Positions 51,020 through 59,891 of a DNA stretch of 64,000 nucleotides are shown piece by piece. The translations under genes were made by a program, and so were the position numbers. Numbering within the stretch: the first letter of the stretch is position 1; every line of letters starts with the position of its first letter. Below the pieces are notes generated by a model. It worked only from the letters and a program-made list of their open reading frames with translations, searched no databases and was not told the DNA's origin. Source of the DNA: a virus; the IMG/VR virus record IMGVR_UViG_3300010149_000010. One strand, 5' to 3'.

Positions 51020-54000
51020 TTACATCCTATGGTGTGAGATTGGCGAATTAAACATATTGTGATTTGCTGCTACCTGCAAACTTTCCATCGCCACTTGCCG
51101 TTTATATTTTTGAATCTTTTTCATTTCATTAGACTCTTGGTTTTGAATCTTGTTTGCTTCATGAACCTTTTTAGCAGAAAGAGTGTCTTTGACTAAATGG
51201 TAATTATTTTCCCTTAAAGATCTACTGTTGAGTTTAGCACCAGACCCTTTAGAACCTCTATTCTTCACCATTCCGCCTAAATCACTTTTCATTTCGTCCA
51301 TATGTGAAAGTATAGAATTAGTATTATAGCCAAAGCTTTGGAGATCTAAATCGTGCGGTAACGAATATTTCCTGTCTGGTTTAAAAACACTTACGCTATT
51401 TTTACTTTGACCTGCTTTAAGTTTTTCTGACACCCCTTTAATGTCGTCCATTATCTGATCAGTTACCCCACCTGAAGATTGAGCTTGATTCATTAAGGAT
51501 CTAATAGACATTAAGTTTGCATTTTTTGCAACTTTTCTAACATTTGCTAAAGTGTTAAAAGTTGTAGTTTCACCACTGGCTCTGACTATCTCTTTGTAAG
51601 CTTGGAAAAAACCTGTCTTCCACATTCCTCTTTTTGAATCTTGCGCATACTCTTGTGCGCTTTCAAAAGCTTGCTGGTTATATATCGGGGGTTTACCCTT
51701 AGATTTGTAGGGTAAGTATGCTGCCGCGCCTCTTCTTACTAACTCTAAGTTTAGATTTTTTCCATCGACGTAAATCATACCAACTTGGCGACCATATGTC
51801 GTGTCATCCGGACTCGTTACTAATCTTACATCTTTAGCTTTGTTGATCAAATCTCTTGCTATAGCTTTTGCTTTTTCCGCATACGGCTGTGCCTTTCTAT
51901 CTGCATGCGCAGTCTCAGGAGCATCAATACCAGCCAAACGTATTGACATTGACTCTTGCTTTCCAGTACCCATAAAATCAGACAAAGGTGAATTTACATT
52001 TCCTTTCCTTTGAATAGATATTGTGTCTGCATCCTGTACGTTTAAATTAAAACGTTTCTTATCAAATTTATACTCTATTAGATTCTTACCTCTCAAAGAC
52101 CCGCCATATGCATCTTCTGAAAGTCTTTCAGCTCCGCTGAAAATAATGTTTTTACTTTCTTTTGAAATACCCATTTGGCGTCTAAAAGCAGTAGAAATAA
52201 ATTTTTTAAAGAAAAATCCTATATCACCTTTTTCGCTAAAGTGCCTCTGTCCAAATTTCTGCTGAATATATCTGTGGCGCTCCCTTCTCATTTGGTGGTC
52301 TTCAAGCACTCCTTGAGTATAAGCAGGGCCTTGATATGGAGATCCAAAATCAGTCAAGGCTTTTCTCATTAACGAGCCAAGCCCCGATTCTTGCATACCT
52401 TCTATACGACCGTACTTTGCTTTTATGCTTTTGACATAAGACTCCTGGTTCCCTCCGTAAAATTGACTTTGCGCTTCAAGAAACTTGCTTAAATCAGGGG
52501 CTATTAACTGTCCTGACTTTTCGTCTTCGTAGCTCGTCTTCGTTGACAGTGCAGCTAACCCTCCAGCAATTGCTGCGTACTTGCCTAAGTGCATTTTTGC
52601 AATTTCTCTAATGCTCTTATTTAAGTATAATGAACTCTTTCTTTTTGCTGACCGACTCACGCTTTCCGCAGCGCTGCTAACTGGAGGGAGCTTCTTGGAG
52701 CCACTACCCCCTTCCAAAGCTTTCGGCACAACCTCTGAAAGATTGCTTTGAGGTTTTGGTTTACTCAAGCCATCAGATATTGTTTCTTTATTTATATGAC
52801 TTCCTAAAGCTTTTGTTGGAACTTCAATTTGCTTTTGCCTAGGCGCCTCTGACCCCATAAAACGCTGTATGTTCCTTAAAAAATCTTCGCTAAACTGCCC
52901 TCCAGACAAGCGCTCTTTAAACATCCGATGCACTTCAGGCGCAGCTTCTGATTGCTGCAAAGCAGCTTTTCTCATTCCAGGGCTATCAGCGATATCGCCT
53001 TCAGAATCTAAAAAGCGCCCGTAAGTTTTTTTTGCCTCTTCTAGTATTTCAGCTTTATCAACATTCTTATAGGTGTCTAAACCATTTAGATGGTCAAAAA
53101 TTTCATCAAAACTCGTTATTCGAACCTGCTTGCTTTGCGGACCTACAGTTATCTTTTCTTTAGATGTGATATCACCAATCTTTTTAGCTTGCTCCACTAC
53201 TCTAAAACCAGGTTTGGACTCTCTAATGGTTACTGCACCTCTATCTATTCTCTCCAGCATGCTTTTTCCTACACGCTGCCTAAAGCCTATCTCGTCCAAA
53301 CCTTTAGAAACTGTTCCGTCTACTAACCTTGCTTCTTGATTGTAATAGTTGCTTAAATGACCATAAGTCATGAATCTGAAATAAGCCCCTTTGCCAGCTT
53401 TAGCTTGAGCAAGGAGTTCTTGTCCCTCACGTCCTCCTATGTCGACTAGACGTTTTGCCTCCAGTTGATCTAAACTTTCTTTGAGTACTTTGTCCTCTGT
53501 TATGGCTACGTCACCTAAAGCCATATGTGATTCAGCTTCACGCATAGCTTTAACTGCATCGTCAATCGATGCAATCTCTCCAGAGTCTTCAGCTAATCTT
53601 AATTGCTCTGTAAATCCAAAAAGACGGCCCTGAACTTCCATTGATAATGAGGTCGGCCCTTTTTGATCTATTATGCCTTCGTTTATCAATTGCGATTGTT
53701 GAGCCTTTACCATATCTATAATATCTCTGACATCGCCCTCTTGAGTGTGTTCTAGTAAGGCTTTATACATTCCTGAAAAATCGCCACTCTTTAAAGCTAA
53801 GGATCTTTGCTTATTGTATTCAACTCCAGTCGTGTAAAAGGGATCTCCTGAAGTAGAAGATACTCCCTCAATAACACCATAGAATGGGTTTTGCGTCAGT
53901 AAATTTTTATTTTCTGCTAGATTTAAAGCAGATAGTTCACTTTGGTATCTTCCATACTGAAAGCCTTCAAAGAATTGCTTCCTGTCTAAGGGTACCAGAC

Positions 54001-55105
54001 CTTGAGACGCCCTATGATCTTTTAATGCTTCGAAAGATCTTTCTGCGCCAGCATCTATTTGTGCACCGAACTGCTTGGCTTCAAAAGATGCATTTGCAAT
54101 CCATGTTATTTTGCCTTTTATTGCATTCGCTAAATCCTTAGTCATCAAGTCTTCAATAGAGTCAGTGCTTTTGAAAACTAAACCACCCTTGAACTTTTCA
54201 GAAAGTTCACCCCTAGAACGACCTGTGGTTTCATGTATGAAATCTATCAGATCGTCGCTCGTAGCTTTGCCCGTTGATATCGCGTCAAACATCTTCCTTT
54301 TAGTTACAGTTTCTGGACTTAACGCTTTTCCTGCTTCATCTACCCCTATGCCGGCTTTAATTAATTTGTCTTCATCAGCTAATAAGAGCGCTTGAAACCT
54401 ATCCGTCTCTATTAAATAATCTTGAATCGAAGATTTTAAAGCGACGTCTGTCTCGACTAAAGGCTTTACTTCTTCAGCTAGCTGAAAAACGCTAATTTCA
54501 TTTTTGGCAAATTTATCTCTAATTTCAGCTAGCTCCGTGCTCAAGCTACCAGGCTCTTCTCCAATCTTCAACATGTCGACTAGAGTAGATATAAACTTAC
54601 CTTCTCTGTGACTTCTTACGTCTTGCTTTTTTCCTACTAATCTTCTTGGACCTCTTCTCGAAAGCGCTTCCTCCCCACCTGCTTTGTCTTGTGTTATCAA
54701 CTCAGGCTTAGGGCTAAACATATACCCCTTTTGCTCTGCAGGGTTGTATACAGCGACCTGGTGGATTATGTCACCACCTTTAAGACCTGTAGTTTCGATG
54801 TCCATTAAAATTGATTTTTTTAATATTTCATCTTTAGAAAGTTTTGTAGCAGGGCCTATTTTTTTTACATCATATTTTACTTCTCCAGAGCTCGTAACTC
54901 CAGTCGCTTCAGTAGCAGCAACAGAAATTATTTTGGCGTTTTTACCATAAGCAGCTTTCACTTTTTGAAGTATGTCGGCTTCTACTTGTTTCGGTTTTAA
55001 AGGAAACCCATATTCTTGTTTTACGCCGTCTACTTCTAACTCAACAAATATTATTTGGGTTGCATCTGTCGTATTAATATAGCTGTAATACTTATTCTTA
55101 ATCAT
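51020..55105 (-). CDS. DEDDh-type 3'-5' exonuclease fused to staphylococcal nuclease (SNase) domain (1361 aa)
   Basis: ExoI MDIETTG (about 54785-54805), ExoII ANASFE, ExoIII HMALGD (about 53510-53527); SNase DADT...IRLAGIDAPE...YGR...LNLELVRRG...RGMW (about 51620-52040). Confidence 0.8.
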   Translation of the reverse strand: MIKNKYYSYINTTDATQIIFVELEVDGVKQEYGFPLKPKQVEADILQKVKAAYGKNAKIISVAATEATGVTSSGEVKYDVKKIGPATKLSKDEILKKSILMDIETTGLKGGDIIHQVAVYNPAEQKGYMFSPKPELITQDKAGGEEALSRRGPRRLVGKKQDVRSHREGKFISTLVDMLKIGEEPGSLSTELAEIRDKFAKNEISVFQLAEEVKPLVETDVALKSSIQDYLIETDRFQALLLADEDKLIKAGIGVDEAGKALSPETVTKRKMFDAISTGKATSDDLIDFIHETTGRSRGELSEKFKGGLVFKSTDSIEDLMTKDLANAIKGKITWIANASFEAKQFGAQIDAGAERSFEALKDHRASQGLVPLDRKQFFEGFQYGRYQSELSALNLAENKNLLTQNPFYGVIEGVSSTSGDPFYTTGVEYNKQRSLALKSGDFSGMYKALLEHTQEGDVRDIIDMVKAQQSQLINEGIIDQKGPTSLSMEVQGRLFGFTEQLRLAEDSGEIASIDDAVKAMREAESHMALGDVAITEDKVLKESLDQLEAKRLVDIGGREGQELLAQAKAGKGAYFRFMTYGHLSNYYNQEARLVDGTVSKGLDEIGFRQRVGKSMLERIDRGAVTIRESKPGFRVVEQAKKIGDITSKEKITVGPQSKQVRITSFDEIFDHLNGLDTYKNVDKAEILEEAKKTYGRFLDSEGDIADSPGMRKAALQQSEAAPEVHRMFKERLSGGQFSEDFLRNIQRFMGSEAPRQKQIEVPTKALGSHINKETISDGLSKPKPQSNLSEVVPKALEGGSGSKKLPPVSSAAESVSRSAKRKSSLYLNKSIREIAKMHLGKYAAIAGGLAALSTKTSYEDEKSGQLIAPDLSKFLEAQSQFYGGNQESYVKSIKAKYGRIEGMQESGLGSLMRKALTDFGSPYQGPAYTQGVLEDHQMRRERHRYIQQKFGQRHFSEKGDIGFFFKKFISTAFRRQMGISKESKNIIFSGAERLSEDAYGGSLRGKNLIEYKFDKKRFNLNVQDADTISIQRKGNVNSPLSDFMGTGKQESMSIRLAGIDAPETAHADRKAQPYAEKAKAIARDLINKAKDVRLVTSPDDTTYGRQVGMIYVDGKNLNLELVRRGAAAYLPYKSKGKPPIYNQQAFESAQEYAQDSKRGMWKTGFFQAYKEIVRASGETTTFNTLANVRKVAKNANLMSIRSLMNQAQSSGGVTDQIMDDIKGVSEKLKAGQSKNSVSVFKPDRKYSLPHDLDLQSFGYNTNSILSHMDEMKSDLGGMVKNRGSKGSGAKLNSRSLRENNYHLVKDTLSAKKVHEANKIQNQESNEMKKIQKYKRQVAMESLQVAANHNMFNSPISHHRM

Positions 55106-55862
55106 CTAAAAGTATCTCTTCTGCGCCTTCTGGCGCTTCTATAGAATACAGAGCCTCTCTCAAACGAGATATCTCTTCTAGTACTCTCGAGTTATTATTA
55201 GACTCGCCCATCTTAATCATGAACTCTGCTTTGGTCTTTCTAGTTTGAACCAACTTGTCCAACCACTTCTCACGTCGCTTCTCCAATCTATCAATCATTT
55301 CTATGATTGGGTGTAGCTTAGTTGTTTCAGCTCTATCTCCATTCTCATTAAAACCAGTAATATCTGTCATCATAAAATCACGTCCATCACCTTTTTTATC
55401 GCCTTGAGATAAAACCATTAAGCTGCGGTTTTTATACAAGTCTATTAAAGCTAACTCATTCACTATAGACATTTCTACAGGATCATTAGGATCAACATCT
55501 AAGTGCTGCAAGTAGTCTATAATTTTTTGTTCTACAAAAAACTTTTCCATGACGCATTCGCGTCCAACAGGATAATTAGATATCGGCCCAAAGTCCAGAT
55601 TCCCTTCCACGTCCATATCCGGTATAGGGCAACGTTTAACGAACGGACATTTTTCAGGGCCTAGGCAGACTAAAGGCGCAGAAGCATGCACACCACTTTT
55701 TATTGCGCTAACAGACTGTTTGACGCGCGTTAATTTTTTACTGTCTAATCTTGCTAGATAACTGGAATACTCATCACTAGATTTTGTTATAGTTTCGAAA
55801 AATTTGCCTTGGCGCAATTCTTTTGAATCATCTTTTTCAATTTTTACAAGTGAGTCTTTCAT
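55098..55862 (-). CDS. Probable terminase small subunit (254 aa)
   Basis: First gene of the packaging operon; Cys cluster then helical region ending HPIIEMIDRLEKRREKWLDKLVQTR; RBS AAGGA. Confidence 0.55.
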   Translation of the reverse strand: MKDSLVKIEKDDSKELRQGKFFETITKSSDEYSSYLARLDSKKLTRVKQSVSAIKSGVHASAPLVCLGPEKCPFVKRCPIPDMDVEGNLDFGPISNYPVGRECVMEKFFVEQKIIDYLQHLDVDPNDPVEMSIVNELALIDLYKNRSLMVLSQGDKKGDGRDFMMTDITGFNENGDRAETTKLHPIIEMIDRLEKRREKWLDKLVQTRKTKAEFMIKMGESNNNSRVLEEISRLREALYSIEAPEGAEEILLDD

Positions 55863-56184
55863 GCAATCTTTTCCTTATATTTTATGTTTAATAATAGCAT
55901 ATTCCATTTTCTGGTTTAAAGGCAACGCCAGAATAGTATTTGATATGCATTTGACACCATTCAGGTGGTGGCTTTACACCAGCTTGATAACCAACTACCT
56001 CATGCTTTGGTCCTGGTGGCATTTAGTAGCAAGGTATAAAATATGGGGAGCTATGGCAATAACTTATTGTTTGCATGCTATCATTGAGTTAAGTTTGAAT
56101 TCTTACTTTTACAGCCCGCCCGCCATGAAACAGATTGCAGGTATCTTTTTACTGCTATCTGGCACTTATTTAATAATGAGGTGA
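55861..56184 (+). CDS. Small four-helix membrane protein (107 aa), SMR/DMT-like
   Basis: About four hydrophobic segments, C-terminal KQIAGIFLLLSGTYLI; start re-assigned to ATG 55861 (in frame with the track ORF). Confidence 0.5.
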   Translation: MQSFPYILCLIIAYSIFWFKGNARIVFDMHLTPFRWWLYTSLITNYLMLWSWWHLVARYKIWGAMAITYCLHAIIELSLNSYFYSPPAMKQIAGIFLLLSGTYLIMR

Positions 56185-56187
56185 TAC

Positions 56188-56556
56188 ATGAATTCTACAG
56201 TAACCCTACCCAAAACCAAAAATTATCAACATGTCAGACACTGGGACTTGGTTGACATTTGGAAAGACTCAGCTTCGCTTCAACCAATAGAAGTTAAGGT
56301 AGATACGCTTTGGAAGGAATATGAAGGGATTTATTGTTGGCTGGAAGTTGGTGACAAAGTTACTCATGCTCATTTTTTGCACCATCTAGACAGGATAATG
56401 AGCGCTGACCTAAGTTACCCTATAATACTCTCTGAAGAAAACTACATTATGGATGGCGTGCATAGGCTTATGAAATGTAAGTACCTAGGTATAACGTCTA
56501 TTCATTGTTTAAAATTTAAAAAAGACCCTGTGTCAAAAGGAAAAATTAATGCTTAA
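56188..56556 (+). CDS. ParB-N/sulfiredoxin-like domain protein (122 aa)
   Basis: ADLSYPIIL...IMDGVHRL...LG signature; RBS GAGGT. Confidence 0.7.
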   Translation: MNSTVTLPKTKNYQHVRHWDLVDIWKDSASLQPIEVKVDTLWKEYEGIYCWLEVGDKVTHAHFLHHLDRIMSADLSYPIILSEENYIMDGVHRLMKCKYLGITSIHCLKFKKDPVSKGKINA

Positions 56557-56758
56557 AAGGCAGAAAATATCTAAACTACCAATACAAGAGATAAACCAAC
56601 ATATCTCAGCATACGAAAGGATGCTTGATTTTTATCAAGATTATTTAAATACTAAAGGTGATTACATTTACGTCAATGAGAGAGTCCAGTATTTAAATGG
56701 TAAATTAGCAGAATGTCTAATTGCGCGAGAAATCCATATAGAAGAAAACACCCAATAG
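56549..56758 (+). CDS. Hypothetical protein (69 aa)
   Basis: Overlaps the upstream gene end; RBS AAGGA. Confidence 0.55.
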   Translation: MLKRQKISKLPIQEINQHISAYERMLDFYQDYLNTKGDYIYVNERVQYLNGKLAECLIAREIHIEENTQ

Positions 56759-56896
56759 GGCCAGCCTTAGTTTAAAATTAAAAAATTTAAATTTGAGCTT
56801 TTTAATATTAGCCGAAATAAAACAGGCACCTTTTCTATAAAAGCAAAAGATTGATTGATGAATCGGGGGAGAGTAGTTGGGTGATGTGTACGAATG

Positions 56897-56954
56897 ATAT
56901 AAATTATATTTAGAAAAGGCCCTATGGTTGGATCGAAATATATAAATTATATTT
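56897..56954. repeat. 15-bp direct repeat ATATAAATTATATTT x2 (near-palindromic)
   Basis: Copies at 56897-56911 and 56940-56954 in the largest non-coding gap. Confidence 0.8.
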
Positions 56955-57097
56955 GGGGGTATTTATATTAATGGTGTTTTTGCACTCTTAGAGTTGCGAG
57001 CCCACCCCCGTTTGAGCATGGGTTAAGCTTCCCCCCTACACATCAGTGATAAATCACACACCTACATCACTGATTTTTGCCCCAGAAGGACATTATT

Positions 57098-57568
57098 ATG
57101 GATACTTGGCAAATCATCGCCATCATCTTCACAACCCTTCACCTTGCTTTCTTTTCACAATACTTTATCTTGGGATGCTCTATCTTAGAGCATATTGAGA
57201 ATAAGAAAATTGAAGCAGGTAACCGAGCATACGCTGCTTGGAAGCTTGGGTTTATCGCCCCTCGCAACCTTGCTTATATAAATGCAATCGCCTCTCAGCC
57301 TTTCTACCTCTTTGAGGTGGCAAAGTGGGAGAACCTTCAGGTCTATCATCATGTTGATGGAACCTGGTATGACATTGATTCTGGTAACTTAAGGGGTTAC
57401 GTCAAGATCAATAGGGAAGGCCAGATTGGTTTCAGTAAAAATCGGCATCTCGTAGAGAGTAAGTGTCGTATCATGCTCAGAGTTAGTGAGGGTGGGCTTT
57501 GCTATATCTTGGATCCTTCACTCAGAAAGAGTGAGAGAAACAGGTGGCATGAGCGCTGGTCCATCTAA
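57098..57568 (+). CDS. Hypothetical early membrane protein (156 aa)
   Basis: RBS GAAGGA before ATG 57098; N-terminal TM WQIIAIIFTTLHLAFFSQYFILG. Confidence 0.65.
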   Translation: MDTWQIIAIIFTTLHLAFFSQYFILGCSILEHIENKKIEAGNRAYAAWKLGFIAPRNLAYINAIASQPFYLFEVAKWENLQVYHHVDGTWYDIDSGNLRGYVKINREGQIGFSKNRHLVESKCRIMLRVSEGGLCYILDPSLRKSERNRWHERWSI

Positions 57569-57599
57569 ATTTTATCCTAGAAAAGTGCTATGTTTTCGG

Positions 57600-57622
57600 A
57601 AGCCCCCTTCGGGGCTTTTTTT
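57600..57622 (+). terminator. Intrinsic terminator
   Basis: AAGCCCC-CTTC-GGGGCTT followed by a T run. Confidence 0.85.
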
Positions 57623-57660
57623 AATTTACCCTACTTCAATGGATGCTTAAGCACATCCAT
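57617..57660 (+). promoter_or_regulatory. Repeated AATTT-N10-AATGG-hairpin element, copy 1 (candidate phage promoter)
   Basis: TTTTTTAATTT ACCCTACTTC A ATGGATG-CTTAAGCA-CATCCAT. Confidence 0.55.
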
Positions 57661-57732
57661 CTCTCATGTTGAGGGTAAAGCGCACCAGTGCAATGCTTCT
57701 ACGCAATTCTTCGTTGTCGGAAGGACATCATC

Positions 57733-59022
57733 ATGCGTAACTTATCTATCCTTGCCTTTATTGGCTTCCTATTCTTATTCACTGGCTGCGGCGTTGTGCG
57801 CAATGTGGCCTCAACCCTCAACCACGAGATCTGCGAAAAGAGCTACAACAAGTTTGTATGCCCAACCGTATCTGAACCAGCACATACACCCCTCTGCTAT
57901 GGGGTAAGTGTACGCACCACTGCCGGAGTCGATAACTTTGCCCATACCGATCAGGGGCCATTTTGCAAGAAACTCCAAAATGAGGCTACGCGTAAAGCCT
58001 TCCAATCAAAGCCAGGGACAACCTGCGCCATCAAAGGCAAGGGTAAATTTCAGAAGGTTGTATGTGCCGGCTTCCATCACGCTGGCGGCATCTTACTCAT
58101 CCTCTTGACGCTTCTTTGGGGGCGTGGTTTACGCGATCTTATGGTCGCTAGTGTAGAGAATGAAGATACCCGTCGCCCCTTTGATGGAATGTGGGAGGGG
58201 TGCAGAGTGATGATTATCGCCTGCATTGGGGCTGTGGTTTTACTAGCGTTAACCACAAACGCTTATAGCCAGCCTTGTGTCAACAAGGCTTATACAATAA
58301 GTCAACCGTCTGACATCTTGGAGTGCGAGATGACCCTCTCCACTCCAGAGAGCAACATGAGGTATACTTTAACGGCCCTAGATTTGGCTCAAGATAAAGT
58401 CTGCAATATACACCATCCGAACATGGGCATTGTAGCTTGCTACGACCTCTATGACGAGGCCCGCGCCCTCTTTAAGGCGAGGGCAGCCTTGTTGATGCTG
58501 AAAGAAGCGACACGAATCGTTGATATCAATGAAAGCGTCACGACCCCCACGCCATGTGGGGCAAATAAGCACTTGTGTGCTTCAGTGGGATGGGATAAGG
58601 CAAGTGGAATCGGCCTATTCTTTTCCTTCATCATTTCTTTACTCCTCTCTCGTCGCAAGACGAGAGAGGAGTGGTTCGGTTTTGAAACACTCCTGTACAG
58701 GGAGACGAGGAACGCCGTTTGGGCAATCGAGGACGAGCTATACAAAGCTCGTTGGATCGAGCGTGTGATTGAGGCTGCAATCACTCTCGCAGCCTTCTCT
58801 TTTGGGGGGCTCGTATTAGGGATTACATCCACCTTCTTGGCCCAGAAGAGATACGGGTGGGCGAGCATCTTCTGTGTGTTCGTATCAGTTCTCCTCTGGG
58901 GCTCTGCCCTGGAATGGATCCTTTTTGTACTCAAAGCATTAACGTGCTTCCTCTCAAACACTGAGGAGGGGTTCCGTTTCGTTAGGTGGGCGCTCCATCA
59001 GCGATGGAAACGTCAACTGTAA
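57733..59022 (+). CDS. Cys-rich multi-pass membrane lipoprotein (429 aa)
   Basis: RBS GAAGGA before ATG 57733; MRNLSILAFIGFLFLFTG-C lipobox; two Cys-rich regions each followed by TM segments. Confidence 0.65.
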   Translation: MRNLSILAFIGFLFLFTGCGVVRNVASTLNHEICEKSYNKFVCPTVSEPAHTPLCYGVSVRTTAGVDNFAHTDQGPFCKKLQNEATRKAFQSKPGTTCAIKGKGKFQKVVCAGFHHAGGILLILLTLLWGRGLRDLMVASVENEDTRRPFDGMWEGCRVMIIACIGAVVLLALTTNAYSQPCVNKAYTISQPSDILECEMTLSTPESNMRYTLTALDLAQDKVCNIHHPNMGIVACYDLYDEARALFKARAALLMLKEATRIVDINESVTTPTPCGANKHLCASVGWDKASGIGLFFSFIISLLLSRRKTREEWFGFETLLYRETRNAVWAIEDELYKARWIERVIEAAITLAAFSFGGLVLGITSTFLAQKRYGWASIFCVFVSVLLWGSALEWILFVLKALTCFLSNTEEGFRFVRWALHQRWKRQL

Positions 59023-59056
59023 GTAAAACAATCAAAAAAGTATTTATGTTTTTTGG

Positions 59057-59080
59057 AGCTCCCTTTTGGGAGCTTTTTTT
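59057..59080 (+). terminator. Intrinsic terminator
   Basis: AGCTCCC-TTTT-GGGAGCT followed by T6. Confidence 0.85.
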
Positions 59081-59115
59081 AATTTACTCCTTTTAATGGG
59101 GGTTTAACATCCTCC
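59075..59115 (+). promoter_or_regulatory. Repeated AATTT-N9-AATGG-hairpin element, copy 2
   Basis: TTTTTTAATTT ACTCCTTTT AAT GGGGG-TTTAACAT-CCTCC. Confidence 0.5.
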
Positions 59116-59175
59116 TTTGTAATTCTGCATAAAAAAAAGTGTAACCTAAATGTAGCCAAATACAGGAGTATTACT

Positions 59176-59814
59176 ATGGCTTATAAAATCTTTAACAACA
59201 CAGGGCGAGCCCTGTGCAGCGAAAGAGAGAATGGTTTTATTGTTCTCTTCTCAGAAAAAAGAGATTTCAAAGACTACCAATTCAACGACCTCGACGGAAA
59301 AGCGATAGTAGAGGCGATCTGGAGTCCAAGCGGTTTTGTTGACGCTCACTATTTCTTCTTCAGCAAAGTCTGGTTTTCTGCAGACAAGGTGAGATCATTC
59401 AACGATCTGTGCATCGTAAAGCGTGATCCAGCGTACCCAGAGCGCTTCATCGAAACACCTGTCAAGGAACTTAAAGAGAGCGTATTCCAGGCAATTCTTT
59501 CATGTTCATTTGACGGTGTTTCTGATGACGAGCTTCAAGACCTTGCTAATCTTCGATCCACATTTGAAGATGATCTTCGTCGCGCAAGAGACGAGGTAGA
59601 GAGATTCGCGCATTCGTGGAGATGCAGGGATGGGAGCGTTCTCCCAGCACACGATCAAAAGGTCATTATCCAGCTCCGTGAAGAAGAAAAGAAGAGGGTC
59701 GACCCATCACTGTTGCTCCATTCCTATCACCACCTTATGATGGAGTTCAGAAGAGAGCTCCATCGCAGAGGACTAATTCTGAGAATGGGGAACATCGTTC
59801 CTTTTCAATATTGA
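59176..59814 (+). CDS. Hypothetical early protein (212 aa)
   Basis: RBS CAGGAG; bounded by terminators on both sides. Confidence 0.7.
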   Translation: MAYKIFNNTGRALCSERENGFIVLFSEKRDFKDYQFNDLDGKAIVEAIWSPSGFVDAHYFFFSKVWFSADKVRSFNDLCIVKRDPAYPERFIETPVKELKESVFQAILSCSFDGVSDDELQDLANLRSTFEDDLRRARDEVERFAHSWRCRDGSVLPAHDQKVIIQLREEEKKRVDPSLLLHSYHHLMMEFRRELHRRGLILRMGNIVPFQY

Positions 59815-59853
59815 TCGCTAAAAGAGCCAACTGAAGATTAAGAAACACCTAAA

Positions 59854-59891
59854 GCCCTGGAGTGCACCACCGCACTTCGGGGCAGTTTTTT
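59854..59891 (+). terminator. Intrinsic terminator
   Basis: GCCCTGGAGTGC-ACCACC-GCACTTCGGGGC (12-bp stem, 2 G-U) then AG and T6. Confidence 0.8.

Noticed and set aside
676-54950. Plus-strand ORFs such as 9442-10116, 46233-46949 and 35347-35736
   Set aside because: Antisense shadows of long minus-strand genes, Ser/Phe/Leu/Pro-rich with no recognisable domains
57590-57907. 105-aa plus-strand ORF
   Set aside because: Runs through a terminator and the hairpin element, and overlaps the RBS-supported gene at 57733 in another frame
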